Positions 63,912-64,000 of a DNA stretch of 64,000 nucleotides are shown here, piece after piece. Made by a program: the position numbers and the translations under genes. The stretch is from Lama glama (Eukaryota). Below the pieces are notes generated by a model. That model ran no database searches and was not told the DNA's origin. It saw only the letters and a program-made list of their open reading frames with translations. The DNA is taken from NCBI GenBank assembly GCA_028534125.1, contig CM052816.1, positions 86,864,001 through 86,928,000 on the forward strand, in the 5' to 3' direction. How positions within the stretch are numbered: position 1 is the stretch's first letter; every line of letters begins with the position of its first letter.

Positions 63912-64000
63912 ATGAACTTGAACAAAATTTTTAACATTTTTTGGAAACACAAAAGACCCCTAATAACCAAAATAATCTTGAGAAAGAATGAGGAATCACA
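63912..64000 (+). mobile_element. L1 ORF2 fragment running off the window end
   Basis: gaacttgaacaaaatttttaacatttttttggaaacacaaaagaccctaataaccaaaataatcttgagaaagaa corresponds to L1 ORF2 ELEQ..LKF.WKHKRP.IAK.ILRKKN, degenerate. Confidence 0.85.

Noticed and set aside
1..64000. CRISPR arrays, operons, prokaryotic defence systems, tRNA/rRNA genes, CpG-island promoter, NUMT, processed pseudogene
   Set aside because: I saw no regularly spaced repeat-spacer units, gene-dense ORFs, structured RNA gene signatures, CpG-rich segment, or mitochondrial or mRNA-like sequence. A highly decayed pseudogene or tiny exon cannot be excluded by eye.

Overview
This is AT-rich, CpG-poor mammalian (eutherian) genomic DNA, not prokaryotic. 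I can support no intact protein-coding gene, rRNA, tRNA, CRISPR array or CpG island. The ORF track is explained by chance ORFs, decayed retroelement frames and two 500-N assembly gaps. The window is mostly layered transposon fossils: ancient L2, MIR, L1M and MER DNA transposons; many MaLR/ERVL LTRs, including two MaLR elements that keep both LTRs plus internal sequence; an ERVL integrase fossil; and younger L1 3' ends and ERV1/ERVK-like solo LTRs with readable target-site duplications (TSDs). The young L1 3' ends, together with the absence of Alu, B1/B2, Bov-tA/BovB, PRE-1 and CanSINE, suggest a cetartiodactyl, most likely a camelid (inference). Repeat family names come from my recall of consensus sequences, not from a database search, and boundaries without TSDs are approximate. 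I found no convincing novel biological system. The best leads are a young ERVK-like solo LTR nested in an L1 (60623-61260), several nested insertion stacks, a poly(A)-only insertion scar, an orphan L1 RT fragment and a few candidate regulatory motif clusters.
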